The notes under the pieces are model-generated. The model did not search any database, was not told where the DNA came from, and worked only from the letters and a program-made list of their open reading frames with translations. This document shows, in pieces, positions 21,863-30,731 of a stretch of 64,000 nucleotides of DNA. Both the position numbers and the translations under genes were made by a program. Where the stretch lies: contig CAXWPH010000015.1 in assembly GCA_963666055.2 (NCBI GenBank), forward strand, positions 1 to 64,000, given 5' to 3'. The first letter of the stretch is position 1; each line of letters begins with the position of its first letter. This DNA comes from Acidobacteriota bacterium. GTDB lineage: Bacteria > Acidobacteriota > UBA890 > WLXD01.

Positions 21863-22134
21863 TGTCCTGTAACAGAGGTTCGTTGCATATTGCTGGGTCG
21901 AGATGGGGGCAAGCTCAAGGCGCGATGAGGATGGCGATGCGGTGTCCATCGTCGACGAATCGCAACGCTGAGATTGCCCCCATATCGACCCAGCCCTCCG
22001 GGTGGCCGCGGGACTGGCCACCTCCGGCGTCGGCCCTCCTCTGCGATACCCTCAGCATCGCTGTCGTCGAGCCTCCTTGGACTCGACTCAGTCGCGCGCG
22101 CCACAATATGCAACGAACCTCTGTTACAGGACAC
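21862..22134. mobile_element. MITE-1 with perfect 31-bp TIRs (IS630-like ends)
   Basis: GTGTCCTGTAACAGAGGTTCGTTGCATATTG (21862-21892) and its exact reverse complement (22104-22134); bounded by CGAG and CTAG; two internal hairpins. Confidence 0.9.
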
Positions 22135-24137
22135 TAGCCGCTGGCCGGCCTGCCGATCGCCGGCATGGCGCGGCGCTGTAACACCTCCTGCACGGCGCGG
22201 TGTGCCTCCAGTATGGCAGCGTCAGTGTGTGGGCTGGCGGCGGCGTCGGAGTTGGCGATCGTAATCGATCCGAAGGGCTGCCGTGCGACCACACAGGGAC
22301 GCTCGTCGCTGGTCGTGAACACCCAATCCATCGGATCGTAGAGGCTGTTGTAGGTATACGCGTATCCGTGCGACCAACGGTTGAAGGCGATGGCGACGAT
22401 GTCGCGCGCCGGATCGAAGCCACCGCCATCCAGCACCCGACCGAGTTGGTCGCGGATCCTCTCCTCCCAGGTCTCGAACGAGGTAGCGAGGAGCTCCTCG
22501 CGGCCCATCTTGTGCTGCTCCTTGCGCGTCCGCCCCGGGTAGTTCAGGAAGCCCTCGAGCGAAAGAACGATGGGCTCCTCGGGCGACTCGGCGTGTCGGA
22601 GATCGCCGAGGCTCACCGCTTGATCGAGGCCGACGGAAGAGTGGTGCATGGTCGGCGTACTAACGGAGCTCACGCCCAGTTTCACGAAAGAGTTCCAGTT
22701 GCGGAGGACAACGCTGGTGAAGACGAGCGGGCCTTTCACCGCGTACGCCAGCGCCTCCTTCTGCTTCGCTGGCATCTCGGGAACCAGATACGGGATCACA
22801 CGGTTCCAGCACGCCATGACACAGTGGCGCCCGCGAACGTGGTAGGTCCTGCCGCCGTGCACGTAGCTGACCTCAACCGCGTCGTTGCCTGAGGAATTGG
22901 TGTGCCGTGCATGCACTACCGTACTGTTGAGCCGGATGCGGGTAGTTTGGCCCTCACGGTCCAGCAGATCGTAGGCCACCCGTGCAGCCCCGACGTCCTC
23001 CTGGGTCTTGCCGGGAACGGCGTCGGGGATCAGCCATCGCACCAGGAGCCGCGTGATGGTGGCGTTGCCGTCGGGGAAATGAACCTCTTCGCTGCTTGGT
23101 CGCTGGCGTCCGTGAATTCCGCCGGGTAGGTCGGCGAGTACGCCGTCGGGCATCGGTTCGAGGTCCAGGCCGTCAAACCCCGGTTGCCCCATGCTCCACG
23201 CAAACAGCGCCGGCAGCGCGTCGGCGCCGACCGCGAACACGCTGTTGCCGGCGCCAGCGAAGAACCACATGACCTCGGGATCGACCTTCACCATCTCGAG
23301 CATGTAGTCGGTGTAGGAAATCTTCGCCAACCGCTCCTTCTTCTCGGCCGACGACAGGCCCGGGAAGTGGTCCGGTTGGTCTCCCGAGTAGAGTGCCAGG
23401 TAGTCGTGCCGGGCCTTGGGCGACAGCGGCGTCTTGGCCAGGAAATCGGCGTCGAGCCCACCGTACCCTCCGGAGCGCTTCACCAGCCGATCCTCACCCC
23501 AGGTCTCGGCATCGAAGAAGTAGGCCGATCCGAGCCCCATGCGCCGGTACATCTGCTGGCTATCGGCGTTGTCTACCACGTAGCGGTCAAGATCGATGCC
23601 GATGTCGGCCAGCAACCGCCGCGACGGCTGGTCGTAGCGCCCGTACGACTCGATGTTGTAGGTCCCGCCATTGAGCGCCAGCATACGCCCGTTGTAGTGG
23701 AACTCGTTGCGCTTGGCGTGGCCGCCGAAGTCGTCGTGGTTGTCGAGGATCAGGACGCGCGCTTCGCGGCCGATGTTCTTGACGAAAATCTGTGCCGCGG
23801 CCAGGCCGCTGATGCCGCCGCCGACCACCACCAGGTCGTAACGCTCGCCCGTGTCGACGGCATCGGAGAAGTCCCACCCGCGCTGATCGCGCATCTGATG
23901 GGCGACCTCGAACGAGCCGTCGTGGCTGCCGCGTAGCCCGTGTCGCAGTGGCGGATAGTCGGCCGGGTCCTGATGCGCGCCGCGAAGATCGTGGCCACCG
24001 GAGACCTCGGCACGAGCGCCGCGACCGAAGGTCGGCATGGCGAGCGCGCTACCTATCGGAACTGCAATGCCGTTGACGAAGTCGCGCCGCGTGATCTCAC
24101 GGTCCATACCAAGGTCGCGCCTACGGGAGTCTCCCAC
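22134..24137 (-). CDS. Spermidine dehydrogenase-like flavoprotein, copy 3
   Basis: Same motifs as copy 1, with NRWSHGYA. Confidence 0.85.
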   Translation of the reverse strand: MGDSRRRDLGMDREITRRDFVNGIAVPIGSALAMPTFGRGARAEVSGGHDLRGAHQDPADYPPLRHGLRGSHDGSFEVAHQMRDQRGWDFSDAVDTGERYDLVVVGGGISGLAAAQIFVKNIGREARVLILDNHDDFGGHAKRNEFHYNGRMLALNGGTYNIESYGRYDQPSRRLLADIGIDLDRYVVDNADSQQMYRRMGLGSAYFFDAETWGEDRLVKRSGGYGGLDADFLAKTPLSPKARHDYLALYSGDQPDHFPGLSSAEKKERLAKISYTDYMLEMVKVDPEVMWFFAGAGNSVFAVGADALPALFAWSMGQPGFDGLDLEPMPDGVLADLPGGIHGRQRPSSEEVHFPDGNATITRLLVRWLIPDAVPGKTQEDVGAARVAYDLLDREGQTTRIRLNSTVVHARHTNSSGNDAVEVSYVHGGRTYHVRGRHCVMACWNRVIPYLVPEMPAKQKEALAYAVKGPLVFTSVVLRNWNSFVKLGVSSVSTPTMHHSSVGLDQAVSLGDLRHAESPEEPIVLSLEGFLNYPGRTRKEQHKMGREELLATSFETWEERIRDQLGRVLDGGGFDPARDIVAIAFNRWSHGYAYTYNSLYDPMDWVFTTSDERPCVVARQPFGSITIANSDAAASPHTDAAILEAHRAVQEVLQRRAMPAIGRPASG

Positions 24138-24222
24138 GACGTGGCACCTCCTGCTGGTTGCTTTCGATCGGCCTCAGAAACCCGGCCGAAGGGCTGTCAC
24201 CGGTAGCGCACCCTATCACCGC

Positions 24223-24663
24223 TCAGAGTTTCGCGGCCGCGATCTTGGCCAGCGCCACGGCTGTGTCCTCCAGATCGGTGATCCCGGTGGGCTTCCCGAT
24301 CAGGTAGGTGACCGAAAGGATGAACCCGCTGCTTCCTTTCACGACCTGGAGAACGACGGCATTGATCATGCTCAACTGGAAGAACGCCTCGTCCCCGACA
24401 CCCTCAACGGCGCTCTCCGGATTCTTCGGCATCATCGCGAAGACGACTGCATCGAGCGGATCGATGGTTATCGACCCTACCGGGTCCGACGAGGTGAACG
24501 AGAACCCGTCGTTGCCGCGGCTGTCGACCTCCACCGACACACCGAGCACCCCCTCGACGTCGTCCTCGGTGAGCAACGGCTCCGACTGAGCGACCCCCAG
24601 CGTCGAGGTCAGCAGCAGGCAGAGCGCCGCAAAGAATGCCGTTCGAGCGTGTACTGCCACCAA
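24223..24663 (-). CDS. Hypothetical secreted protein
   Basis: Signal peptide ending GVA-QS; VEGVGDEAF motif; fills the gap between genes. Confidence 0.65.
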   Translation of the reverse strand: MVAVHARTAFFAALCLLLTSTLGVAQSEPLLTEDDVEGVLGVSVEVDSRGNDGFSFTSSDPVGSITIDPLDAVVFAMMPKNPESAVEGVGDEAFFQLSMINAVVLQVVKGSSGFILSVTYLIGKPTGITDLEDTAVALAKIAAAKL

Positions 24664-24888
24664 GATCCCCCGTGCAGGCCGTGATTGGAAACACCGTATC
24701 GGTAGCGGCGCGAGTTTAGCAGGGTGCCCGCCCGGCGAAGTTGGCTGCAGACTCTGTCGCCCCGGCGGTTTGGTCGCCGGCGAGCCTCCCCGCGGCCCGG
24801 CGCGGACGAGCTTCTGCTATGGTGCGGCCCGATGGCCCATCCGCGACCGCCGCACGATCTCCGGAGTGCTCTCAAGGAGACCCCCCCC

Positions 24889-26403
24889 ATGTCAACCGCG
24901 TTGAAACGATCCACCCTCGGCCTGCTCATCGTCGCGATCGTTGCTCTCGCCTTGCCCAGCGACGCACAGACCGGTGAGATCTTCGACATCGTGCTGGCGG
25001 GCGGGCGCGTGCTCGATCCGGAGACCCGGCTCGATGCGATACGTAACGTCGGCATTCGCGGCGACAGAATCGACGCGATCTCCGAGGGCCCGCTGCGGGG
25101 CGATGTGATCGTCGACGTTGCCGGATTGGTGGTGGCGCCGGGGTTCATCGACCTGCACGCCCATGGTCAGAGCAACGAGGCCAACGTCTACCAGGCCCGC
25201 GACGGCGTTACGACTGCGCTCGAGCTCGAAGGCGGTGTCGGCGATGTGGCGAGTTTCTTCAACCGTCGCCGCGGCGACTCGATCCTCAATTTCGGCGCCT
25301 CGGTAGCGCATGACTTCAATCGCGTCTGGGCGATGCCCGACAAGGCGGACGAGGTGGCGCGTCTCGAGGAGGTGTTCGCGTCGGGATCGGCGATGGACGA
25401 TGGGCTCACGGAGGTCACGCAGGCGCTCGCCCGCACCGGCTACGACCCCATCGATCGTCAGGCCATCGGCCGGCTGCGCGAGCGATTCGAACGTGGCCTG
25501 CGAGCCGGCGGACTCGGCCTCGGGGTGCCACACCAGTACTACCCCGGCGCCGACCACGACGAGATCTTCCGGGTCTTCCAGATGGCGGCCGAGTGGGATG
25601 TTCCCATCTACACGCATGTGCGTAGCATGGAGGTCGGAGCATTTCAGGAAGTCATCGCCAACGCGGCGATAACCGGCGCACCGCTGCATATCGTGCACGT
25701 CAACAGCATGAGCCTGGGCAATCTGCCGACCGTGCTGGACATGATCGGCGCTGCCCAGCGGCGGGGCATGGATATCACCACCGAGGCCTACCCGTACACG
25801 GCCGCGTCAACCGGTCTGGGCTCGGCCATCTTCGACGACGGCTGGCAAGAGCGCCTCGGCATCAGCTACGGCGATATCCAATGGGAGGACACCGGCGAAC
25901 GCCTCACAGAGGAGACCTTCAACAAGTACCGCGTCGAGGGCGGCACGGTGATCATCCATGTGATGAAGCCCGAGTGGATCGAGCTGGCCATGCGCACGCC
26001 GTTCGTCATGGTGGCTTCGGACGGCATGCCGTACGCGCCCGGCGCCCACCCGCGTAGCGCCGGAACATTCTCGCGCTTCCTGGGGTACTACGTGCGTGAG
26101 CTGGAGATCCTGCCCCTGATCGAGGCTCTGTCGAAGGTCTCGCTCATGCCGGCGCGACGCCTCGAGAAGGTCGCCCCGGCAATGGCTCGCAAGGGGCGTA
26201 TTCAGGTGGGCACCGACGCCGACATCACGGTGTTCGCGCCCGGTCGGATCATCGACACCGCTACCTTCGAGGACGACCTGTCGTTTGCCGAAGGCGTCGA
26301 GCACGTGCTGGTGAACGGCACCTTCGTGGTACGCGACGGGGAGTCCGTCGAAGGGGCACGCCCCGGTCGCCCGGTGCTCGGGAAGATGTACGCTGGCCAG
26401 TAG
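24889..26403 (+). CDS. Amidohydrolase (N-acyl-D-amino-acid deacylase-like), secreted
   Basis: APGFIDLHAH, YTHVR, HIVH, ASDG, HPRSAGTF, GTDADITVF; AAGGAG RBS. Confidence 0.87.
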   Translation: MSTALKRSTLGLLIVAIVALALPSDAQTGEIFDIVLAGGRVLDPETRLDAIRNVGIRGDRIDAISEGPLRGDVIVDVAGLVVAPGFIDLHAHGQSNEANVYQARDGVTTALELEGGVGDVASFFNRRRGDSILNFGASVAHDFNRVWAMPDKADEVARLEEVFASGSAMDDGLTEVTQALARTGYDPIDRQAIGRLRERFERGLRAGGLGLGVPHQYYPGADHDEIFRVFQMAAEWDVPIYTHVRSMEVGAFQEVIANAAITGAPLHIVHVNSMSLGNLPTVLDMIGAAQRRGMDITTEAYPYTAASTGLGSAIFDDGWQERLGISYGDIQWEDTGERLTEETFNKYRVEGGTVIIHVMKPEWIELAMRTPFVMVASDGMPYAPGAHPRSAGTFSRFLGYYVRELEILPLIEALSKVSLMPARRLEKVAPAMARKGRIQVGTDADITVFAPGRIIDTATFEDDLSFAEGVEHVLVNGTFVVRDGESVEGARPGRPVLGKMYAGQ

Positions 26404-26417
26404 GCGTCGGCGGCTGA

Positions 26418-27875
26418 CTAGTCGCGAGCGCCCGTCGCGTCGGAGGCACGAATCGACCAGAGGTGCCGCTGGGTGCGGAGCAACAAGCGATCACCGACCA
26501 TCGCCGGCGTCGCCTGGGCGAACTCCTCGAGCTTGTTGACGCCGATCAATTCGAACTCGTCGCCGGTGCCGAGAACGTACGTGTTGCCGTCTTCGCTCAG
26601 GCAAAAGATCTTGCCTTTGTAGGCCCAGGGCGACGCGGTGAAGGCGCTAGCGCCAGGGCCGATGCGCGACCGGTAGACGCGCTCGCCCGTGTCAGCATCG
26701 TATTTGGCAATGATGCCCTTGTCCTGCAGAACGTACAGGTATCCCTCGTAGAGCACTGGGGTGCTCAAGTAGGTGCCGGCGCGCCCGTCGTACCAGACCA
26801 CGTGCTCGCTGCTCGTCGCGCCGCCGCCCAGTGTGATGTCTCCAGCGGCGCCCGGCGTGATCGCCGCGATTGGCCACGAGCCGGCCCCCGGTGGCCCGGC
26901 CGTCAGGTACAGAACATCCGCGGCGGCAAACGGCGTCGGGATCGGCATGAACGACATCTTCTCCATGCGCCACAGCTCGTTTCCCTCCAGGTCGTAGCTG
27001 ATCGCCGTCTCCGGCCCCATGGTGACTAGCTCGGCACGCAACGAGTTGTTCCACACGAACGGTGACGACCAGCCAGAGTTGCGGTGCTCCCCGAGCCCGA
27101 GGCGCGCGCGACGCCAGATCTCCTTTCCGGTGCGTTTGTCGAAAGCCGCGACGAAACCTGCCTCCTCGTTGTCGTTGAGGATGTAGATGCGATCCTCATG
27201 TAGCACCGGCGAGGCACCGCCGCCGAAATCGAAATAGACCTGGTAAGGGTTGAGGGGCGTCGCCCAGAGCCGGTTGCCGTCGAAGTCGTATGCGTACAGC
27301 CCCCGGTGAGCGAAGTAGACGTATATGACCTCACCGTCGGTCACCGGCGTCTCCGAGGCGAAGCTGTTCTTGCGGTGACGCCCCACCGCCGGGTTGCCCT
27401 CGTGTACCTGTCGCTCCCAGAGAATCTGTCCGCTCTCGAGGTCGAGGCAGTAGAGCATCAGTCGGATGACGATCTCATCGGCGAGCTCCGTATCGCGCAC
27501 CTCGCTGAGGCGCATGACCTCGTCCATCTCCAGCCCCTGTTCCAGCAGCTCGGCGATGTAATCGTTGGAGAAGTCGACACCGAAGCTCGGCTGCTTCATC
27601 GGTTGATCGCTGGTAGCAGCGGTAAGGAACACCTTGTTGCCCCAGACAATCGGTGAGGACCAGCCCATGCCCGGTATCTCGGCCGACCATTCGACATTCT
27701 CCGTCCGCGACCAGGTGTCCGGCAGGTCAGGGTGGTCACCGACCGGAATCCCGGCGGGCCCGAGGAAACGAGGCCAGTTGGGCTCCTGCGGTGCGGCGAG
27801 CGCCAGACTCGCGATGATCAGCAAACTGAACGCCAGCATGGCGACGACGCGGGTCGTGGTGGGGCAGAGGCGCAC
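26418..27875 (-). CDS. Secreted PQQ-like beta-propeller protein
   Basis: NWPRFLGP, GWSSPIVWG, NSFASETPVTDG and repeated blades. Confidence 0.85.
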   Translation of the reverse strand: MRLCPTTTRVVAMLAFSLLIIASLALAAPQEPNWPRFLGPAGIPVGDHPDLPDTWSRTENVEWSAEIPGMGWSSPIVWGNKVFLTAATSDQPMKQPSFGVDFSNDYIAELLEQGLEMDEVMRLSEVRDTELADEIVIRLMLYCLDLESGQILWERQVHEGNPAVGRHRKNSFASETPVTDGEVIYVYFAHRGLYAYDFDGNRLWATPLNPYQVYFDFGGGASPVLHEDRIYILNDNEEAGFVAAFDKRTGKEIWRRARLGLGEHRNSGWSSPFVWNNSLRAELVTMGPETAISYDLEGNELWRMEKMSFMPIPTPFAAADVLYLTAGPPGAGSWPIAAITPGAAGDITLGGGATSSEHVVWYDGRAGTYLSTPVLYEGYLYVLQDKGIIAKYDADTGERVYRSRIGPGASAFTASPWAYKGKIFCLSEDGNTYVLGTGDEFELIGVNKLEEFAQATPAMVGDRLLLRTQRHLWSIRASDATGARD

Positions 27876-28000
27876 GGCATGTTCCTTCTGGAAGAAGTCA
27901 GGGTCAGGGTTCTAGCACGCCGGCAGGCCGGCCGCGGACGCTAGTACGATACCGTCAGCGGGCATCGTGCGTTGAGACACGTCAGATCAGGAGGTATCGA

Positions 28001-29035
28001 TTGGCACTCCGCCAGGCCATGCTGGCGCTCACCTGTTGCGCCATGGCCGTCTCGGTCGAGACCGCGGCAGAGCGGGTCGTGGTGGTCGGCGGTGGCATCG
28101 CCGGGCTGGCGGCGGCCCGAGATCTAAACGACGCTGGCTACGATGTCGTCGTGCTCGAGGCCAAGGATCACCTCGGCGGCCGCGCCTGGACGGATCGTGG
28201 CACCGGGCACGCCCTCGACATGGGCGCCAACTGGATCCACGGTGTCAAGGGAAATCCAATCACCGCGCTGGCAGACCAGCTCGACCTCGCCAGGGTGCCG
28301 ACTGACTACGAGAATTCCGCCGAGTACGACTTCGACGGCACCCCCGAGCCACTTTCCGGCGCCCAGTTCGGCAACTGGGAACGCACCCTCACCACCTACG
28401 CGAAGAGCTACTTGCGCAGGGCGCCAAACGCCACCGTCCAGGCGATGGTCAACGATGCGCGCGACGACGGGGATCTCGACTTCCTCAGCGACCGACAGCT
28501 CGCCTTCCTGGTGAACACGCAGCTGGAGCACGAGTTCGCCGCCGACGCCGCGTTGATGTCCGTGCGCACGCTCGACGAGGGCAGGGAGTTCCGTGGCGGC
28601 GACGTGATCTTCCCGGGAGGCTACGACGCGATCACCACGGCGATGGCCGACGGACTCGCCACCGAGCTCAATACGGTCGTCTCGGCGATCGAGTATGGCA
28701 ACTTCGGAGTGCGGGCAGTGACGGATCGGGGCACATTCGTGGGCGATCGTGCCGTGGTAACGCTACCGCTCGGGGTGCTCAAGTCGGGCGACGTGTCGTT
28801 CACGCCGGCGCTGCCCAGACAGAAGCGCAAAGCCATTGAAGCACTTGCGATGGGGGTGCTGAACAAGGTGTGGTTGGTGTTCCCGAGCGTCTTTTGGGAC
28901 GCCGACGTACATCTGCTCGGCTACCTCAGCCAGGTCAAGGGGCACTTTGCGGAGTGGCTCAATCTTTCGCGTCACACCGGCGACCCGGTATTGCTGGCGT
29001 TCAACGCCGGCGCCAAGGAGATCAAGGGGCGCTAG
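28001..29035 (+). pseudogene. Flavin amine/polyamine oxidase, C-terminally truncated
   Basis: GGGIAG, LEAKDHLGGR, DMGANWIHG, TLPLGVLK, NKV. Stops at 344 aa without the C-terminal FAGEH...GA segment. Confidence 0.75.
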
Positions 29036-29059
29036 GACACTAGCGGCTAGCAGACCGAT

Positions 29060-29464
29060 ATGCCGATTACCTACTCGAGCTCACGGCGACCTACATTGGA
29101 TCAGGTAATCGAGCTCTATCGGATCTCGACGCTGGGCGAGCGGCGGCCGATCGAAGACCGGCACGTGATGCAGGGCATGATCGACAACGCCGACCTGATT
29201 GTGACTGCCTGGAACGGCGGAGATCTCGTCGGCATCGCACAGACGCTCACCGACTACACCTACTGCGCCTACCTCGCCGACTTGGCCGTGCACATCGAAT
29301 GGCAACGCCGCGGCATCGGTGTCGAGCTGATCGAGATCACCAAGCGATGCCTCGAGCCCACCTGCTTCGTGACGCTGCTCTCGGCGCCGGCCGCCAACGA
29401 CTACTACCCGCACGTCGGTTTCGAGCACAACCCACGCGCCTGGACGTGGTGGCCGCCGCGCTGA
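29060..29464 (+). CDS. GNAT N-acetyltransferase
   Basis: YLADLAV..WQRRGIG and YYPHVGF. Confidence 0.88.
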   Translation: MPITYSSSRRPTLDQVIELYRISTLGERRPIEDRHVMQGMIDNADLIVTAWNGGDLVGIAQTLTDYTYCAYLADLAVHIEWQRRGIGVELIEITKRCLEPTCFVTLLSAPAANDYYPHVGFEHNPRAWTWWPPR

Positions 29465-29500
29465 CTGTTGGACAAAATCGACGCACCCTTCTGGAGATTC

Positions 29501-29545
29501 TTGACGGTCCGATGGTGGTAAACTATTATTTAGTCTTCCTAACTA
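29501..29545 (+). promoter_or_regulatory. Sigma70 promoter with adjacent operator
   Basis: TTGACG (29501-29506), 17-bp spacer, TATTAT (29524-29529), then TAGTCTTCCTAACTA (29531-29545). Confidence 0.7.
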
Positions 29546-29565
29546 TCTAACCGACGATACGCCCC

Positions 29566-30015
29566 ATGAAACTGAGCGAATCCCTGGAACATCTGCAGCG
29601 CCAACTCGCACGCAGCTGGCAGAACGCAGAGCACTCAGGCGATGCGAGCCGGCTGACCTACAACGAATACGAGTATTTACGCGCTGTGGATACGCTCGAT
29701 GGCAACACGCTTTCTGCCTCGCCCGACGATCTCGCCGACGGCCACCACGTTTCGGAGGTCGCGTCGGAGATGCGCGTGCGCAAGGCCTCGGCCAGCGCCA
29801 TGGTGCAGAAGCTCGAGAGACGCGGCTTTGTGCATCGAGTCCCCTGTCGGTACGACGCCCGAGCACAGCACATCATGCTGACCGACGAGGGGCGCACGTT
29901 GCTTGCGAAGGCGCATGCCGTCTATACGCGGACGGCGGCGCGGATGAAGAAGCTGCTGGAGCCCGAGCAATACCGCGAGTTGGAGCGTGCCCTCGCCAAG
30001 GTAGCCAAGCTATGA
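29566..30015 (+). CDS. MarR-family winged-helix regulator
   Basis: LT..EY..L, VSEVA...VRKASAS.MV.KLE.RGFV.R, DAR...I.LTDEG. Confidence 0.85.
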   Translation: MKLSESLEHLQRQLARSWQNAEHSGDASRLTYNEYEYLRAVDTLDGNTLSASPDDLADGHHVSEVASEMRVRKASASAMVQKLERRGFVHRVPCRYDARAQHIMLTDEGRTLLAKAHAVYTRTAARMKKLLEPEQYRELERALAKVAKL

Positions 30016-30047
30016 CTTCCTGAGTGGTACTGTCGTCGCCAACTAGT

Positions 30048-30062
30048 TAGTTAGCCGAACTT
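30048..30062. promoter_or_regulatory. Second putative MarR operator
   Basis: TAGTTAGCCGAACTT fits the palindrome TAGTTAGnCTAACTA shared with 29531-29545. Confidence 0.55.
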
Positions 30063-30067
30063 CTCAA

Positions 30068-30715
30068 ATGGAGACGCCGATGAGCGCAACCGATCAACAG
30101 GAGCATGGCCATCAACACGACTGGTCCGACGAAACGGCAGAGTGGTACGCGAGAGAATACGGTGAGTGGCCTAGCAACCGCATGACGGTCGAGGCAATCG
30201 ACTGGCGAGCCGACGATGTCGTGGTGGATATTGGCTGCGGCACTGCTTGTGCGCTTCGTCACGCCGCGCAATACATCACCGAGGGCCGGCTGATCGGCTG
30301 CGATCCCGTCCCGGGCATGATGCGGATCGCCAGGCAGCAGACCGCCGAACACCCCGCACACCAGCGCATTGAGCTCATCGAATGCGGCGCCGACAGGCTA
30401 CAGCTCGACGACTGCACGGCGACGGTAGCGATGTCGATCAACTCCTTGCATCACTGGGACGACATCGGCAGCGGCCTCGGCGAGGTGCTGCGCGTGCTGG
30501 TCCCAGGAGGCCGGTTCTACGTGGCCGAGGACCACGACGTGCAGCAGCTGCACGGTGTGCAGGCCGAGGACATACAGGCCGCTTTGCGAGACGCCGGCTT
30601 CGTAGATACGGAGGCGCGGGAGCTGTCGCAGGGGGAGGTGGTGATGGACCTGCATACGGCGCGAAAACCGCGAGCCCGGGCCGAACCGGTTCGGTGCAGC
30701 AACCGGTCGGAGTGA
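30068..30715 (+). CDS. Class I SAM-dependent methyltransferase
   Basis: VVDIGCGTA, SLHHW, RVLVPGG. Confidence 0.88.
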   Translation: METPMSATDQQEHGHQHDWSDETAEWYAREYGEWPSNRMTVEAIDWRADDVVVDIGCGTACALRHAAQYITEGRLIGCDPVPGMMRIARQQTAEHPAHQRIELIECGADRLQLDDCTATVAMSINSLHHWDDIGSGLGEVLRVLVPGGRFYVAEDHDVQQLHGVQAEDIQAALRDAGFVDTEARELSQGEVVMDLHTARKPRARAEPVRCSNRSE

Positions 30716-30731
30716 CTACCTTCGCAAGCGC

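Noticed and set aside
17479-24137. Triplication as a simple assembly duplication
   Set aside because: The copies differ by many synonymous and amino-acid changes and indels, and have distinct spacers.
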